A stretch of DNA of 53,803 nt from a virus (lineage: Duplodnaviria; Caudoviricetes): the IMG/VR virus record IMGVR_UViG_3300027976_002493, positions 1 to 53,803 of that record; one strand, given 5' to 3'. Within the stretch, counting starts at the first letter, position 1. Each line of letters opens with the position of its first letter. The translations under genes were made by a program, and so were the position numbers. A model generated the notes under the pieces. It saw only the letters and a program-made list of their open reading frames with translations, had not been told where the DNA came from and ran no database searches. Shown here piece after piece: positions 1 through 9,543 of the stretch.

Positions 1-1044
1 CAACAGCTATTCTTAGCAGAACCAGCATCCCAGACCATAAACGACTGGACTATATTACCAGACTTTAGGAAGAAGATAAGCTTAGGAGATGTTCATAAAC
101 ATGTAGGGGTATCCGGAGAGACAGGCTCTGTAGATTATACTAACCTTTTAGTCAATAAGATAAACAGAGTAGGATTAGGAGACCCAGGTAGAAGGTACCG
201 GGATAGAAGCAACCTGTATACCTCGGACCTGCAAAGTATAGACAAGGTAGCAGCTATGCCCCTATACAGAGGTTCTATAGCAGCGAAAGAAGGATACACT
301 AGAGACTTTATAAGATTTAGATTCGAAGTATTGGATAACGATAACGATGATACCACAGCATCGTTATCCAAATCTACCAATATACATTTTAGAGCTTTTC
401 TAGGAGCGATAACAGATAATTTCGGGGGAGAGTGGGCCGCTACTAAATTCGTAGGTAGAGGAGACAACTTCTATAGCTACACAGGCTTCACCCGAACTAT
501 AAGCCTAAGTTTTAGAGTCCATCCACAGACCCGAGACGAGATGAAGGCAATGTATCAAAAACTCACCTACCTTGCATCAACACTGGCACCTGACTACAGT
601 TCAAAAGGCGGTTACATGAGAGGTAATATAGTAAGACTGGTTGTAGGAAGTTACCTCTACAGGATACCCGGATTTATAACAAGTTTATCCTACACGGTAC
701 CCGAAGATGCTTCCTGGGAGATAGCATATAACGAACCGGAGTCCGGTGAAGAAATTACTCAACTGGAAACACCAAGGCACTTTGATGTACAGTTAAGATT
801 CACTCCTATACACGACTTCGCACCGCAGTTAATGGACGGTACCCGCGACTATGCGTTATTTACACCAGCAGGTACCCCAGAAACAGTATCTCAGAGGAAT
901 CCATATCTTCCTCGAGCTAGAGACGTTACCAATGCCGATGGGAAAGTTCTTCATAAAATGGGAGAAAATATTATACAAAGTAGTGTAGCACTTGCAGAAG
1001 AGGTAGTAGGAGTAGAAGAAAGTACCAAAAGTGAGAAACAGTAA
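1..1044 (+). CDS. Tail tube/baseplate-type virion protein, 5'-truncated by window edge
   Basis: Frame of ORF 256..1044 is open back to base 1. Has tube-like motifs (F.GR.D.FY.Y.GFTRTISLSF, PGFITSLSY) and sits upstream of a LysM gene as in contractile-tail modules. Confidence 0.6.
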   Translation, partial: QQLFLAEPASQTINDWTILPDFRKKISLGDVHKHVGVSGETGSVDYTNLLVNKINRVGLGDPGRRYRDRSNLYTSDLQSIDKVAAMPLYRGSIAAKEGYTRDFIRFRFEVLDNDNDDTTASLSKSTNIHFRAFLGAITDNFGGEWAATKFVGRGDNFYSYTGFTRTISLSFRVHPQTRDEMKAMYQKLTYLASTLAPDYSSKGGYMRGNIVRLVVGSYLYRIPGFITSLSYTVPEDASWEIAYNEPESGEEITQLETPRHFDVQLRFTPIHDFAPQLMDGTRDYALFTPAGTPETVSQRNPYLPRARDVTNADGKVLHKMGENIIQSSVALAEEVVGVEESTKSEKQ

Positions 1045-1349
1045 TGAGAAGCAGATACACAGATACAGAGACATATAAACAAAAGGAAGGACCGACCTAT
1101 CAGGGAGTTACCAGGTACCCGGAAATACCGGAGACTGAGAACGATACATACGTGATTACAACTTACGGTGATAGGTTAGACTTATTAGCAAACCAATATT
1201 ATAAAGACTGGAGACTTTACTGGATAATAGCATCAGCTAACCCTAGCTTGCCTTCTAACTCATTATACCCTACATTAGGAGTACAAATAAGAATACCAGG
1301 TAATCCTGAGGATGTTATAAACAGTTTTAATAATATAAATAATGGCTAA
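1044..1349 (+). CDS. LysM/gp53-like baseplate wedge (tail X-like) protein
   Basis: GDRLDLLANQYY.D..LYWIIA.AN...G.QIRIP LysM signature. Confidence 0.8.
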   Translation: MRSRYTDTETYKQKEGPTYQGVTRYPEIPETENDTYVITTYGDRLDLLANQYYKDWRLYWIIASANPSLPSNSLYPTLGVQIRIPGNPEDVINSFNNINNG

Positions 1350-3216
1350 TTCAAAAATACTAGGAGAACCGTTCGATGAATATGTAAGTAAACAAATCGA
1401 AGTAAGACAGAACCGTCTCGGTACCTCTCAGAAGACTGCAGACGACCTAAAAGTCTTTAATGTAAGCACACCGTGGATAAGATTAAGCTCATCAGTAAGT
1501 ATAGACGTTGAACGAGCTGAAAAGTTAGCACAACGGTTAGGACCGAATGTAAACACTGGGCAAGTAGTAGGTCACAACTTAGCAAAAAACCTAGTATTAT
1601 TTGCAGGATCTTCAGAAGGTCTAGACAGTAAGATAAGAGGAGGGTTAACTCGTGGAGGTTTCAGCGGAGCATACGGTTTTCTATCAGATCCCAAGACTCA
1701 AGGCTATAAGCCGATGCCCGGGATAAGTAACATCAGCGTAAACTACAAGAATAACGGTTCATTAAAACAAGCACAGGTGAATATAAAATGCTTTAGTAAA
1801 GGGCAATTCGAAGCACTTGAAACTCTGTATTTAAGATTAGGGTACACCTTAATTCTAGAATGGGGTCATTCAATTTATTACAATAATGGTACTGAGAAGC
1901 AAAACATGAGTTCTTTAGAAATACCTAACACTCTTTTTACAACAGGTAAAAATGTAAAGAGTAAAACCCTTACAGAGAGTATAGCAAAGAATAAGAATAG
2001 AACAGGGGGTAACTACGATGCAATGATTGCTAAAGTTGGTAACTTTTCCTGGGAGTTAAATAATGACTTAAGTTACGACATAGTTTTAAACCTAGTATCG
2101 GTAGGGGATATTATAGACTCCTTAAAAATGAACCTAGGTGGAGCAAGTGGTGATATAAGAGCTTCCACAGGAGAAGTGGGGGAAGGCTTGCAAAACATAT
2201 TAAACATCGAGTTAGCAAAAGACACCTCACGGCTAAACTCTTTCCTTTTCGAACTAACAGAAGAATTAGATACACCTGAAGCAAAAAGACAGTTAGAGAA
2301 AGCTTCTTTAGAATTACAAAGAGACAAAAACAAAGTAACCGCAGCTAATGAAATAATCCCAGAAATAATAGACACCTATACAAGAATAATTAAAGAGCAA
2401 CAGAAAAAGTATATTGCACCGTATGACGATTTGATAACTTTTCTAGTAAGCCATCCAATAATACTAGAATACACAAACTCAGTCCCTATAGTCATAGCAA
2501 AGGCAATTTTAACTTCTATAGTAAGACAGATAGTTTCAAGTGATACAGAGGTTTTCACAGGAGACAACCTTACACCAATACCGGGGTACACCCCAACCGG
2601 ATCTTTTAAATTCGCAGGTGATAGTGAAGTCCTATTCGAGAGGTATCGCACCCTTATAAGTTCCTTAGACGGTAACAGCCCGCCTAGAATACTAAACGCA
2701 GGTACTATTAAAGGCATAAAGTACCTTGAACAAATAGGCCTTAAAATCGGCGATGTAGTTGACGTTGACACAGGGGTAAACCTTAGTAAAAACCCCGATA
2801 ATGAGGTATTTAAGGAATATAAAGAACTTAGAGAAACCCTTAACGGAGTAGAGAAGTACCTAAAGAATTTATCACCTAAAGTGAAGGTCGTACAAGCAAC
2901 CGATACTGAGGAAGAGAAAAAAGAAGATAATTCACAAGAAATACAATTCCTTTTTGATAGCATAAACCAAGCAAAAGAGATCTTAGGGAACTTATACTAC
3001 ACTGGGTTCTGGAAAGAACCACAGTATCCGCATGAAAATCTAAGAATACTGGCAAATTTAGAAGGACCAGGTTTTTTGCATAGAAATATAGACTTAAGAA
3101 TAAAGTACGGGGATTTAGGGTATGAAGAAGTAGCAAGAGGACTTAAGGAAAAATTTAACATACAAGATAGTAACAGGGAGCAGATACAAGATAGTAACAG
3201 GGAGCAGAAGATATAG
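1342..3216 (+). CDS. Putative baseplate hub/virion structural protein (N-terminal part)
   Basis: 624 aa between the LysM gene and the tail lysin; PMPGI..ISV and LYLRLGYTLILEWG blocks; call rests on context. Confidence 0.5.
   Translation: MANSKILGEPFDEYVSKQIEVRQNRLGTSQKTADDLKVFNVSTPWIRLSSSVSIDVERAEKLAQRLGPNVNTGQVVGHNLAKNLVLFAGSSEGLDSKIRGGLTRGGFSGAYGFLSDPKTQGYKPMPGISNISVNYKNNGSLKQAQVNIKCFSKGQFEALETLYLRLGYTLILEWGHSIYYNNGTEKQNMSSLEIPNTLFTTGKNVKSKTLTESIAKNKNRTGGNYDAMIAKVGNFSWELNNDLSYDIVLNLVSVGDIIDSLKMNLGGASGDIRASTGEVGEGLQNILNIELAKDTSRLNSFLFELTEELDTPEAKRQLEKASLELQRDKNKVTAANEIIPEIIDTYTRIIKEQQKKYIAPYDDLITFLVSHPIILEYTNSVPIVIAKAILTSIVRQIVSSDTEVFTGDNLTPIPGYTPTGSFKFAGDSEVLFERYRTLISSLDGNSPPRILNAGTIKGIKYLEQIGLKIGDVVDVDTGVNLSKNPDNEVFKEYKELRETLNGVEKYLKNLSPKVKVVQATDTEEEKKEDNSQEIQFLFDSINQAKEILGNLYYTGFWKEPQYPHENLRILANLEGPGFLHRNIDLRIKYGDLGYEEVARGLKEKFNIQDSNREQIQDSNREQKI
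3160..3207 (+). repeat. Perfect 24-nt tandem duplication (IQDSNREQ x2)
   Basis: atacaagatagtaacagggagcag twice, just before the TAG at 3214-3216. Confidence 0.95.
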
Positions 3217-5187
3217 ATGCAAGAAAATAACAAATCTTTCATAGAGAAAATAAAAAAAGACTCCTACAGGGGCTTCAACGCTATAGAATATGCAGACGGG
3301 GGTATGGAATTATACCTTTCATTCAAAGCCCTTCTAGAGTGGACAAACATAAATGTAAACCTATTCTCAGACGATACGGAAGTAATAAAAATAGATTTTG
3401 AATCAAACAAGCCTATGTTTATGTACTCCACTTCTATCTCTGCAAACCTGCAGAAGTGTTATATTCGAAACCAATACCTACACACAACACAAGGAACATT
3501 AAACTCATCCACTTCATCCCCATCACTTCCTTCATCCTTTGGGGATATAGATAAGTTTGATGGAACAGAATATAACAGTCTTAAGAGTGAGCTGACTAAG
3601 TCCGGGGAAAAAGCTTCCGGTACAGCAGCTTCAAAATACATATACCCTTATATCGGAAATATTAATAACATATACCTAAACGCAGCATTTATTTCCGAAC
3701 AACTACATAAGCTCTCTGACAACGAAAGTAATAAAGTATCAATACGTGAATTTCTACAAGGGTTATGTAATGGGGTAAACAAGGCATTAGGGAGCATCAA
3801 TGACCTACAAGTAATCGGAGACGTTGACGGAGAGCAGAATATATTAACTATAGTAGATTTCCAACAAGTACGAATAAAGAACCTAGTTAGCAACCTAAGT
3901 ATCGATAAGCGAAAAACTGCAACCATACAAGCTCAAGGATTAAAGAGCATGGTCACAAATATATCTGCACAATCTACGATCACTCCGGACCTAGCTACTG
4001 TAATATCTATAGGAGCACAGGCAAACGGAGAAGCTCTAGGAGAAGAAGCTGTGTCTTTTTCGAGACTGAGTAAAGGATTAACGGATAGAATATACCCCAC
4101 TAAGCAAATAAGTGTTGAAACAAAGGAAAAACAGGAAGAAAGGAGAGAAAAAAAAGCTGCTAAAACTGAAGAAAATTTTAGAGAGAGCTTAATAACCTAT
4201 GCAAAATTAGTTAAAAACCAACAACCAAACTCAACAGATTTTTTCGGTCCGGTTAAGTTGGAGACAGTGGATAAAGCAGGTATGGAGAATACACCAGTTG
4301 AGCTATATAAATACCTGCTAGGTAAATTCACACACTCAAACCAGACGAACACAGGATTCATACCTATCAAACTAGACATCTCCATATACGGTATGAGCGG
4401 AATAAAGATATTTCAGAAGTTTAAAATCACAGATGACGTATTACCTTTCTCATACGATCAGAAATATGATTTTACAATAACTGGGGTAAGCCACACTGTT
4501 GACAACTCAAAATGGGTAACAAACATCTCCTCCGTAATGGGGTTAGAGCCGCCGCCTGATAAGGGAGCAGAAGACCTTACTAACGAAACATTCGCTCCTG
4601 AACTGGTACTAGATGGAACTGGGGATAACGGAACCGGTACGGTAGTATATGTTAAACGTGTAGTAAAATTCACTGTAGGTACTGAAGAGATAGACGTTAC
4701 AAACGGAGAAGTACCTGATGAATACATGAGAGAGTTAAATCAAACGTTATTCCCTTATAGTAAATGGAAAAGTCCATCCTTGAAAAGTGACGGAGGAAGA
4801 GTGCGATTACTAAAGCCGGTAATGGCAAACCTGGAGAAAATGCTCACAGCATATGCTAAAGATAACCCGAACATACCTTTACTAATAAATTCCGCATTCC
4901 GAACTTACGCAAAGCAACTAGAACTGAAAAACCTCTGGACCAGAAAAGGAAAACCTACCAATGCAGCTACCCCCGGGCAATCAGAACATGGATTCGGTAG
5001 GGCAATAGACTTCGGTAATGCTAGTGGAGCAAAGCTGGAAGTAGCTATGTCGCAATATAAATGGCTTAAGGTAAATGCTGGGAAATACGGTTTTAAAAGG
5101 TTACCAAACTGGAAAGACAAAGGAGACCTTGAGAACTGGGAAGCCTGGCACTGGCAAGACGTAAGACCGACTACGATAGATGTATAA
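3217..5187 (+). CDS. Virion (baseplate hub) protein with C-terminal peptidase M15 (VanY/D,D-peptidase-like) domain
   Basis: SAFRT..Q, SEHGFGRAID (SxHxxGxAxD) and EAWHW zinc-peptidase motifs at the C-terminus. Confidence 0.8.
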   Translation: MQENNKSFIEKIKKDSYRGFNAIEYADGGMELYLSFKALLEWTNINVNLFSDDTEVIKIDFESNKPMFMYSTSISANLQKCYIRNQYLHTTQGTLNSSTSSPSLPSSFGDIDKFDGTEYNSLKSELTKSGEKASGTAASKYIYPYIGNINNIYLNAAFISEQLHKLSDNESNKVSIREFLQGLCNGVNKALGSINDLQVIGDVDGEQNILTIVDFQQVRIKNLVSNLSIDKRKTATIQAQGLKSMVTNISAQSTITPDLATVISIGAQANGEALGEEAVSFSRLSKGLTDRIYPTKQISVETKEKQEERREKKAAKTEENFRESLITYAKLVKNQQPNSTDFFGPVKLETVDKAGMENTPVELYKYLLGKFTHSNQTNTGFIPIKLDISIYGMSGIKIFQKFKITDDVLPFSYDQKYDFTITGVSHTVDNSKWVTNISSVMGLEPPPDKGAEDLTNETFAPELVLDGTGDNGTGTVVYVKRVVKFTVGTEEIDVTNGEVPDEYMRELNQTLFPYSKWKSPSLKSDGGRVRLLKPVMANLEKMLTAYAKDNPNIPLLINSAFRTYAKQLELKNLWTRKGKPTNAATPGQSEHGFGRAIDFGNASGAKLEVAMSQYKWLKVNAGKYGFKRLPNWKDKGDLENWEAWHWQDVRPTTIDV

Positions 5188-5205
5188 CTGAGAGATAAAT
5201 GTAAA

Positions 5206-5796
5206 ATGTATTACCCGAAATCTAAAATAATTACTAACCTGTATGCAAACGGAAATGACCTTGTCTACATAGATACAGAACAGCCGTATGTAGGTTATTA
5301 CCACATACTTTCGAACGGTAACATTACCACCGGTAAAACACCTAGTGATGGACAGCAACGTAGACTCAAACCTTCAAATGCTGCAATCTTTGTAGATAGT
5401 ACCGCTGATACATCGACAGTACAGGCAACAGATATACCTTCAAATACTACATACGATTTTGTTAGAGAAAGGCAGCAAATAAAAAGACCAAACCTTGAGC
5501 TTATAGAACCGCAATATACTAGACCACTAGGCAGCTTTCCCTCCTTTACCCGTTATTTCTTAAGGAGAACAAACAACGCAATATTTACAGAAGTGAGCGC
5601 AAAAGATTATATAAAAATACAGTCCAAAAACGCTTTATATAATTGGGGGATATACACTACCTTTCAAATGCCATGGACAACATCCGGTGTAGATGTAGAA
5701 GGTATCAATAGACGTATGGTAGAGTTGACAGAAAAAAGGTTTAAAGTATACGGTTTCTCAAAATACATCACAGACTATACTGAATTCACAGTCTAA
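5206..5796 (+). CDS. Hypothetical protein, probably virion-associated
   Basis: 196 aa ORF closing the structural block. Confidence 0.6.
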   Translation: MYYPKSKIITNLYANGNDLVYIDTEQPYVGYYHILSNGNITTGKTPSDGQQRRLKPSNAAIFVDSTADTSTVQATDIPSNTTYDFVRERQQIKRPNLELIEPQYTRPLGSFPSFTRYFLRRTNNAIFTEVSAKDYIKIQSKNALYNWGIYTTFQMPWTTSGVDVEGINRRMVELTEKRFKVYGFSKYITDYTEFTV

Positions 5797-5797
5797 G

Positions 5798-5826
5798 TTG
5801 ACTATCACATTTACTTTTCTTATATT
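5798..5826 (+). promoter_or_regulatory. Bacteroidota-type promoter (TTG-N20-TATATT) heading the replication operon
   Basis: TTG 5798-5800, TATATT 5821-5826; same geometry recurs about 20 times in the window. Confidence 0.75.
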
Positions 5827-5838
5827 AAAGAAAAGGTT

Positions 5839-7110
5839 ATGTTTTGGTTGGTAGAGACACAGGAACAGTTTGATGAGTTAAAAAGTCATAGGTTAACAGG
5901 TATAATAGGTATACTTGTTAATAGACACCCTGATGGCCACCCGGCTATTTACTCACCTTTGAGTCTTTATATAAAAGATGTAGTGACTCAAGAAGGATAC
6001 CTTATAAACTTCCTACACAGTGAAGCGATGAAGGTAGACCCTCTTCAAGTTAAGGAGTGGTTGGACAGCCTAGATAAGGTATATACACCGGACCGGAAAG
6101 CTTTTAATTACTTCCACTATAGTAAAAAGACGATTACTTTACCTACAATAAAAGAGGAAACCGTACAGGCACTAACTTACTTCTCTAGAAGATATTACAA
6201 CGACCCGGACCAAGGTAATATTGTACCGATAGTCAAGCACTACGAATACTGTGAGAAGATAGCAAACCAATATTTAGAAGTGATAGACTCACTTACACCG
6301 GACGATTTTCGAAAAAAGGTAGAAGATATATTCTGGGTTATAGAAAGAAACGGGTTAAAGGTGAGTGATTCACTAGAGGAGTACTTTAACATGGAGAGAC
6401 CCTTTATTTCCCTATATAACAACTATGTTTTAACCCAGTATCACCTCGATAATACAACAGGCAGACCCTCTAACAATTTTAATAGTATTAACTTCGCAGC
6501 ACTAAATAAAGAAAACGGTTGTAGAAGTGTATTTATCCCTAGAAACGAACTCTTAATGGAGATAGATTTAGTTGCCTACCACCCAACACTTATCTCTAAA
6601 CTGGTAAATTACGAATCACCTACAGGAGACATCTACGAAGACTTTGGAAAAATTTACGGAATGAATAGGGAGGAATCGAAGAACTTAGTATTTAAACAAC
6701 TATACGGAAACGTCTTCGAACAGTATCGAGATTTTACATTTTTTAAGTTAACAACCAAGTACATAGAGGAACTTTGGAGTAAGTATGAAAACCAGGGTTA
6801 TATAGATGGGGTAGACGGTAGGTATAGATTCTATAGCAAAGACCTACTGAATATGAGCCCTCAGAAACTATTTAATTACATAATACAAAACTATGAGACT
6901 GTAAATAATGTTGGTTTATTGGAAAAAATACTTTATCTCTTAGAAGGTAGGAAGTCTAAAGTAGTACTATATACCTACGACGCAATACTACTAGACCTAG
7001 CAAGAGAAGATAAAGATACCCTACGTGAAATAGTAGAAGTATTTAGAGATGAAAACTTAAAAATAACAATGAATGTTGGAAAAAACTACAACTCTTTACA
7101 GCCCTTCTGA
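5839..7110 (+). CDS. Small divergent family A DNA polymerase-like protein
   Basis: TTGRPS, motif A IDLVAYHP, motif B REESKNLVFKQLYG, NYIIQ, motif C LYTYDA; only 423 aa. Confidence 0.8.
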   Translation: MFWLVETQEQFDELKSHRLTGIIGILVNRHPDGHPAIYSPLSLYIKDVVTQEGYLINFLHSEAMKVDPLQVKEWLDSLDKVYTPDRKAFNYFHYSKKTITLPTIKEETVQALTYFSRRYYNDPDQGNIVPIVKHYEYCEKIANQYLEVIDSLTPDDFRKKVEDIFWVIERNGLKVSDSLEEYFNMERPFISLYNNYVLTQYHLDNTTGRPSNNFNSINFAALNKENGCRSVFIPRNELLMEIDLVAYHPTLISKLVNYESPTGDIYEDFGKIYGMNREESKNLVFKQLYGNVFEQYRDFTFFKLTTKYIEELWSKYENQGYIDGVDGRYRFYSKDLLNMSPQKLFNYIIQNYETVNNVGLLEKILYLLEGRKSKVVLYTYDAILLDLAREDKDTLREIVEVFRDENLKITMNVGKNYNSLQPF

Positions 7111-7144
7111 TATGTATGATAAAGAAATACTAGAAAATCAGGAA

Positions 7145-7534
7145 ATGCTGAAGAATAAATTACTATGTACCTTTGTACACCTTGATGACCTAGAAAACTT
7201 CATTCAAGACATTACCTCAAGACATTCTATACTCTACGGAAAGATATTCGTATTAGGTATAAAAGACTCAGAGGAACTAGCCTGTACCTACAACCTAGAA
7301 GAGCCTAATATAGATACCCTTCCGGATAATACGATACTGGTGCATAGAAAAAAAATCTCAAATTCGTTGTATACGATAAACGCTCTTAACGAACTTATAA
7401 AAAGTCTAAACGGAGGAGTAGTAGATACAGGATTTAGAGTAGATTGGAAGCATTATAGAAATACAATTCTACTGACAACTCAAGGAGAGTTAAAATTCCT
7501 ACGTACAACAATACACAAAATAATAAACGTGTAG
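7145..7534 (+). CDS. Phage hypothetical protein
   Basis: ORF 7073..7534; ATG 7145 (or 7112) preferred because it avoids overlap with the upstream gene. Confidence 0.6.
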   Translation: MLKNKLLCTFVHLDDLENFIQDITSRHSILYGKIFVLGIKDSEELACTYNLEEPNIDTLPDNTILVHRKKISNSLYTINALNELIKSLNGGVVDTGFRVDWKHYRNTILLTTQGELKFLRTTIHKIINV

Positions 7535-7540
7535 TAAAAG

Positions 7541-7569
7541 TTGCTTTTAGGCAACATAAGTTCTATATT
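7541..7569 (+). promoter_or_regulatory. TTG-N20-TATATT promoter
   Basis: TTG 7541-7543, TATATT 7564-7569, upstream of the SSB gene. Confidence 0.7.
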
Positions 7570-7589
7570 AAATTAAATAAGTTATACTA

Positions 7590-8417
7590 ATGAACATAAG
7601 TGAAATTAAGTCAAAGCTACAAGCTTTGCAAACTCAGAAAAATGCTAGCTCTTCAGGGGGCAGTACCAAAGACACATTCTATAGACCGGGTGTAGGTAAG
7701 GAAGTTATTAGAATGGTACCTTCTAAGTTCAACAAATCTAATCCATTCTCGGAATTGTACTTTCATTACGGTATACATAAGTTCCCTATGTTTTCGCCAA
7801 TTAACACAGGAGATAAAGATCCGATAGTTGAATTTGTTAAACAGTTACGTGAGACTAACGACAAAGACAACTGGAGACTTGCTAGGAAACTAGAACCTAA
7901 AATGAGAGTATTTGCACCAGTAATCGTAAGGGGTAAAGAAGACGAAGGAGTTAAGTTATGGGGCTTTGGAAAAGAGATTTACATGGAGCTTCTTTCTATG
8001 GTAGAAGATGAAGACATAGGAGACTATACTGATATTGTTACCGGGAGAGACTTAACACTAACCACCCTAGATTCATCTCAGACAGGTACAGGTTACAACA
8101 AGACAACAATAAGAGCAAGAACTGCAGAGACACCTTTAGCAGAGAACAATGAAATAGTTAAGAGTGTTTTAGAGAATCAACCTGATCCAATGGAATCTTT
8201 CACTATGATGGAGTTCGATAGGATGAAGGAAATATTACATGAGTACCTAGCACCAAGCGAAGAGGAGTCTGATAACCCTTCCCCCACAGTAGCATTCGAT
8301 ACCCCATCATCCCCTACGAATAAGTTCTCTTTAGAGAAGCAAGGTAAAGGTACAGAATCTAAGGTAGACAAGTTCGAGAGTCTTTTTAACGAAAAAGCCG
8401 ACGACTTACCCTTTTAA
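7590..8417 (+). CDS. Single-stranded DNA-binding protein (T4 gp32-like)
   Basis: gp32-like core (PF.ELYFHY, VKLWGFGK, TD..TGRDL), acidic tail ending DDLPF, adjacent to RecA. Confidence 0.8.
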   Translation: MNISEIKSKLQALQTQKNASSSGGSTKDTFYRPGVGKEVIRMVPSKFNKSNPFSELYFHYGIHKFPMFSPINTGDKDPIVEFVKQLRETNDKDNWRLARKLEPKMRVFAPVIVRGKEDEGVKLWGFGKEIYMELLSMVEDEDIGDYTDIVTGRDLTLTTLDSSQTGTGYNKTTIRARTAETPLAENNEIVKSVLENQPDPMESFTMMEFDRMKEILHEYLAPSEEESDNPSPTVAFDTPSSPTNKFSLEKQGKGTESKVDKFESLFNEKADDLPF

Positions 8418-8424
8418 GTAACAT

Positions 8425-9474
8425 ATGGCGAAGAAACAAAGTAAATCACTATCTGCAGCCGTATCCGCTGAGCTTAAAAAAGGCTTTGATTTAGAGAAAT
8501 TTAAAGATAGTAAGATGTTAAGTAAGAACGTCAGATTCAAGGACCAGAAATGGATACCTTTATCCCCAGCGTTTCAAGAAATAACCTCTATACCGGGTAT
8601 ACCGATGGGACATATAACTATGTTGAGAGGTCATTCCGACACCGGTAAAAGCACCGCATTACTAGAAGCAGCAATCTCTGCACAACAGGGAGGTATACTA
8701 CCTGTCTTTATCATTACAGAGATGAAATGGAACTGGGAACACGCCATACAAATGGGGTTACAGGTTGAAGAGTTAGTAGATGAGGATACAGGGGAAGTTT
8801 TAGACTACCAAGGATCTTTCATATATGTAGATAGGGAAACCGTAAACACCATAGAAGATGTAGCTAGTTTTATCTTAGATTTAATCGATGAGCAGAAGAA
8901 AGGAGCACTTCCTTATGACCTTCTATTCTTATGGGATTCCGTAGGATCTGTACCTTGCGAACTGTCAGTACGTTCAAATAAAAATAACAATGAATGGAAC
9001 GCAGGAGCAATGTCTACACAATTCGGAAACCAGGTAAATCAACGAATCGTAATGTCCAGGAAAGAGTCCTCTCCGTACACAAACTCATTAGTAGTAGTAA
9101 ACAAAGTATGGACAGCAAAACCAGAAATGCCAATGGGACAACCTAAGTTAGAGAATAAGGGAGGGAAAACCATGTGGTATGATGCCACCTTAATAATTAC
9201 GTTCGGGAACATATCTAATGCTGGAACTTCAAAGATTAAAGCAATCAAAAATGGTAAGCAAATAGAGTTCGCTAAGAGAACTAATCTACAGGTTGATAAG
9301 AATCACATCAACGGAATAACAACCCGGGGTAAAATTATCATGACACCTCATGGTTTCATTCTAGATGATGATAAGGCACTTAAGGACTATAAGGCAGATA
9401 ATCAAGAGAACTGGGAGAGAATTCTAGGAGGCGGAGACTTCGAGATAGTAGAGGAGTTAGAAGAAGGTATTTAG
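8425..9474 (+). CDS. RecA/UvsX-like recombinase
   Basis: Walker A GHSDTGKS, Walker B LFLWDSVG, VNKVW, KGG..MWY RecA-family motifs. Confidence 0.85.
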   Translation: MAKKQSKSLSAAVSAELKKGFDLEKFKDSKMLSKNVRFKDQKWIPLSPAFQEITSIPGIPMGHITMLRGHSDTGKSTALLEAAISAQQGGILPVFIITEMKWNWEHAIQMGLQVEELVDEDTGEVLDYQGSFIYVDRETVNTIEDVASFILDLIDEQKKGALPYDLLFLWDSVGSVPCELSVRSNKNNNEWNAGAMSTQFGNQVNQRIVMSRKESSPYTNSLVVVNKVWTAKPEMPMGQPKLENKGGKTMWYDATLIITFGNISNAGTSKIKAIKNGKQIEFAKRTNLQVDKNHINGITTRGKIIMTPHGFILDDDKALKDYKADNQENWERILGGGDFEIVEELEEGI

Positions 9475-9504
9475 AGTACCTTAAATACTGTAAAGTTTTA
9501 ATGG

Positions 9505-9528
9505 TCCTTGCTTCTGCGAGGGTTTTTT
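9505..9528 (+). terminator. Intrinsic terminator overlapping the next promoter
   Basis: ccttgc-ttct-gcgagg hairpin plus T-run; its TTG (9508-9510) lies 20 nt before TATATTT at 9531. Confidence 0.6.
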
Positions 9529-9543
9529 AATATATTTAAAAAT

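Noticed and set aside
3214-3216. Genome-wide TAG reassignment (crAss-like code 15)
   Set aside because: TAG ends several conserved genes at their expected C-termini (RecA, helicase, polA, groEL, queD, folE), and coding density is already high under the standard code.
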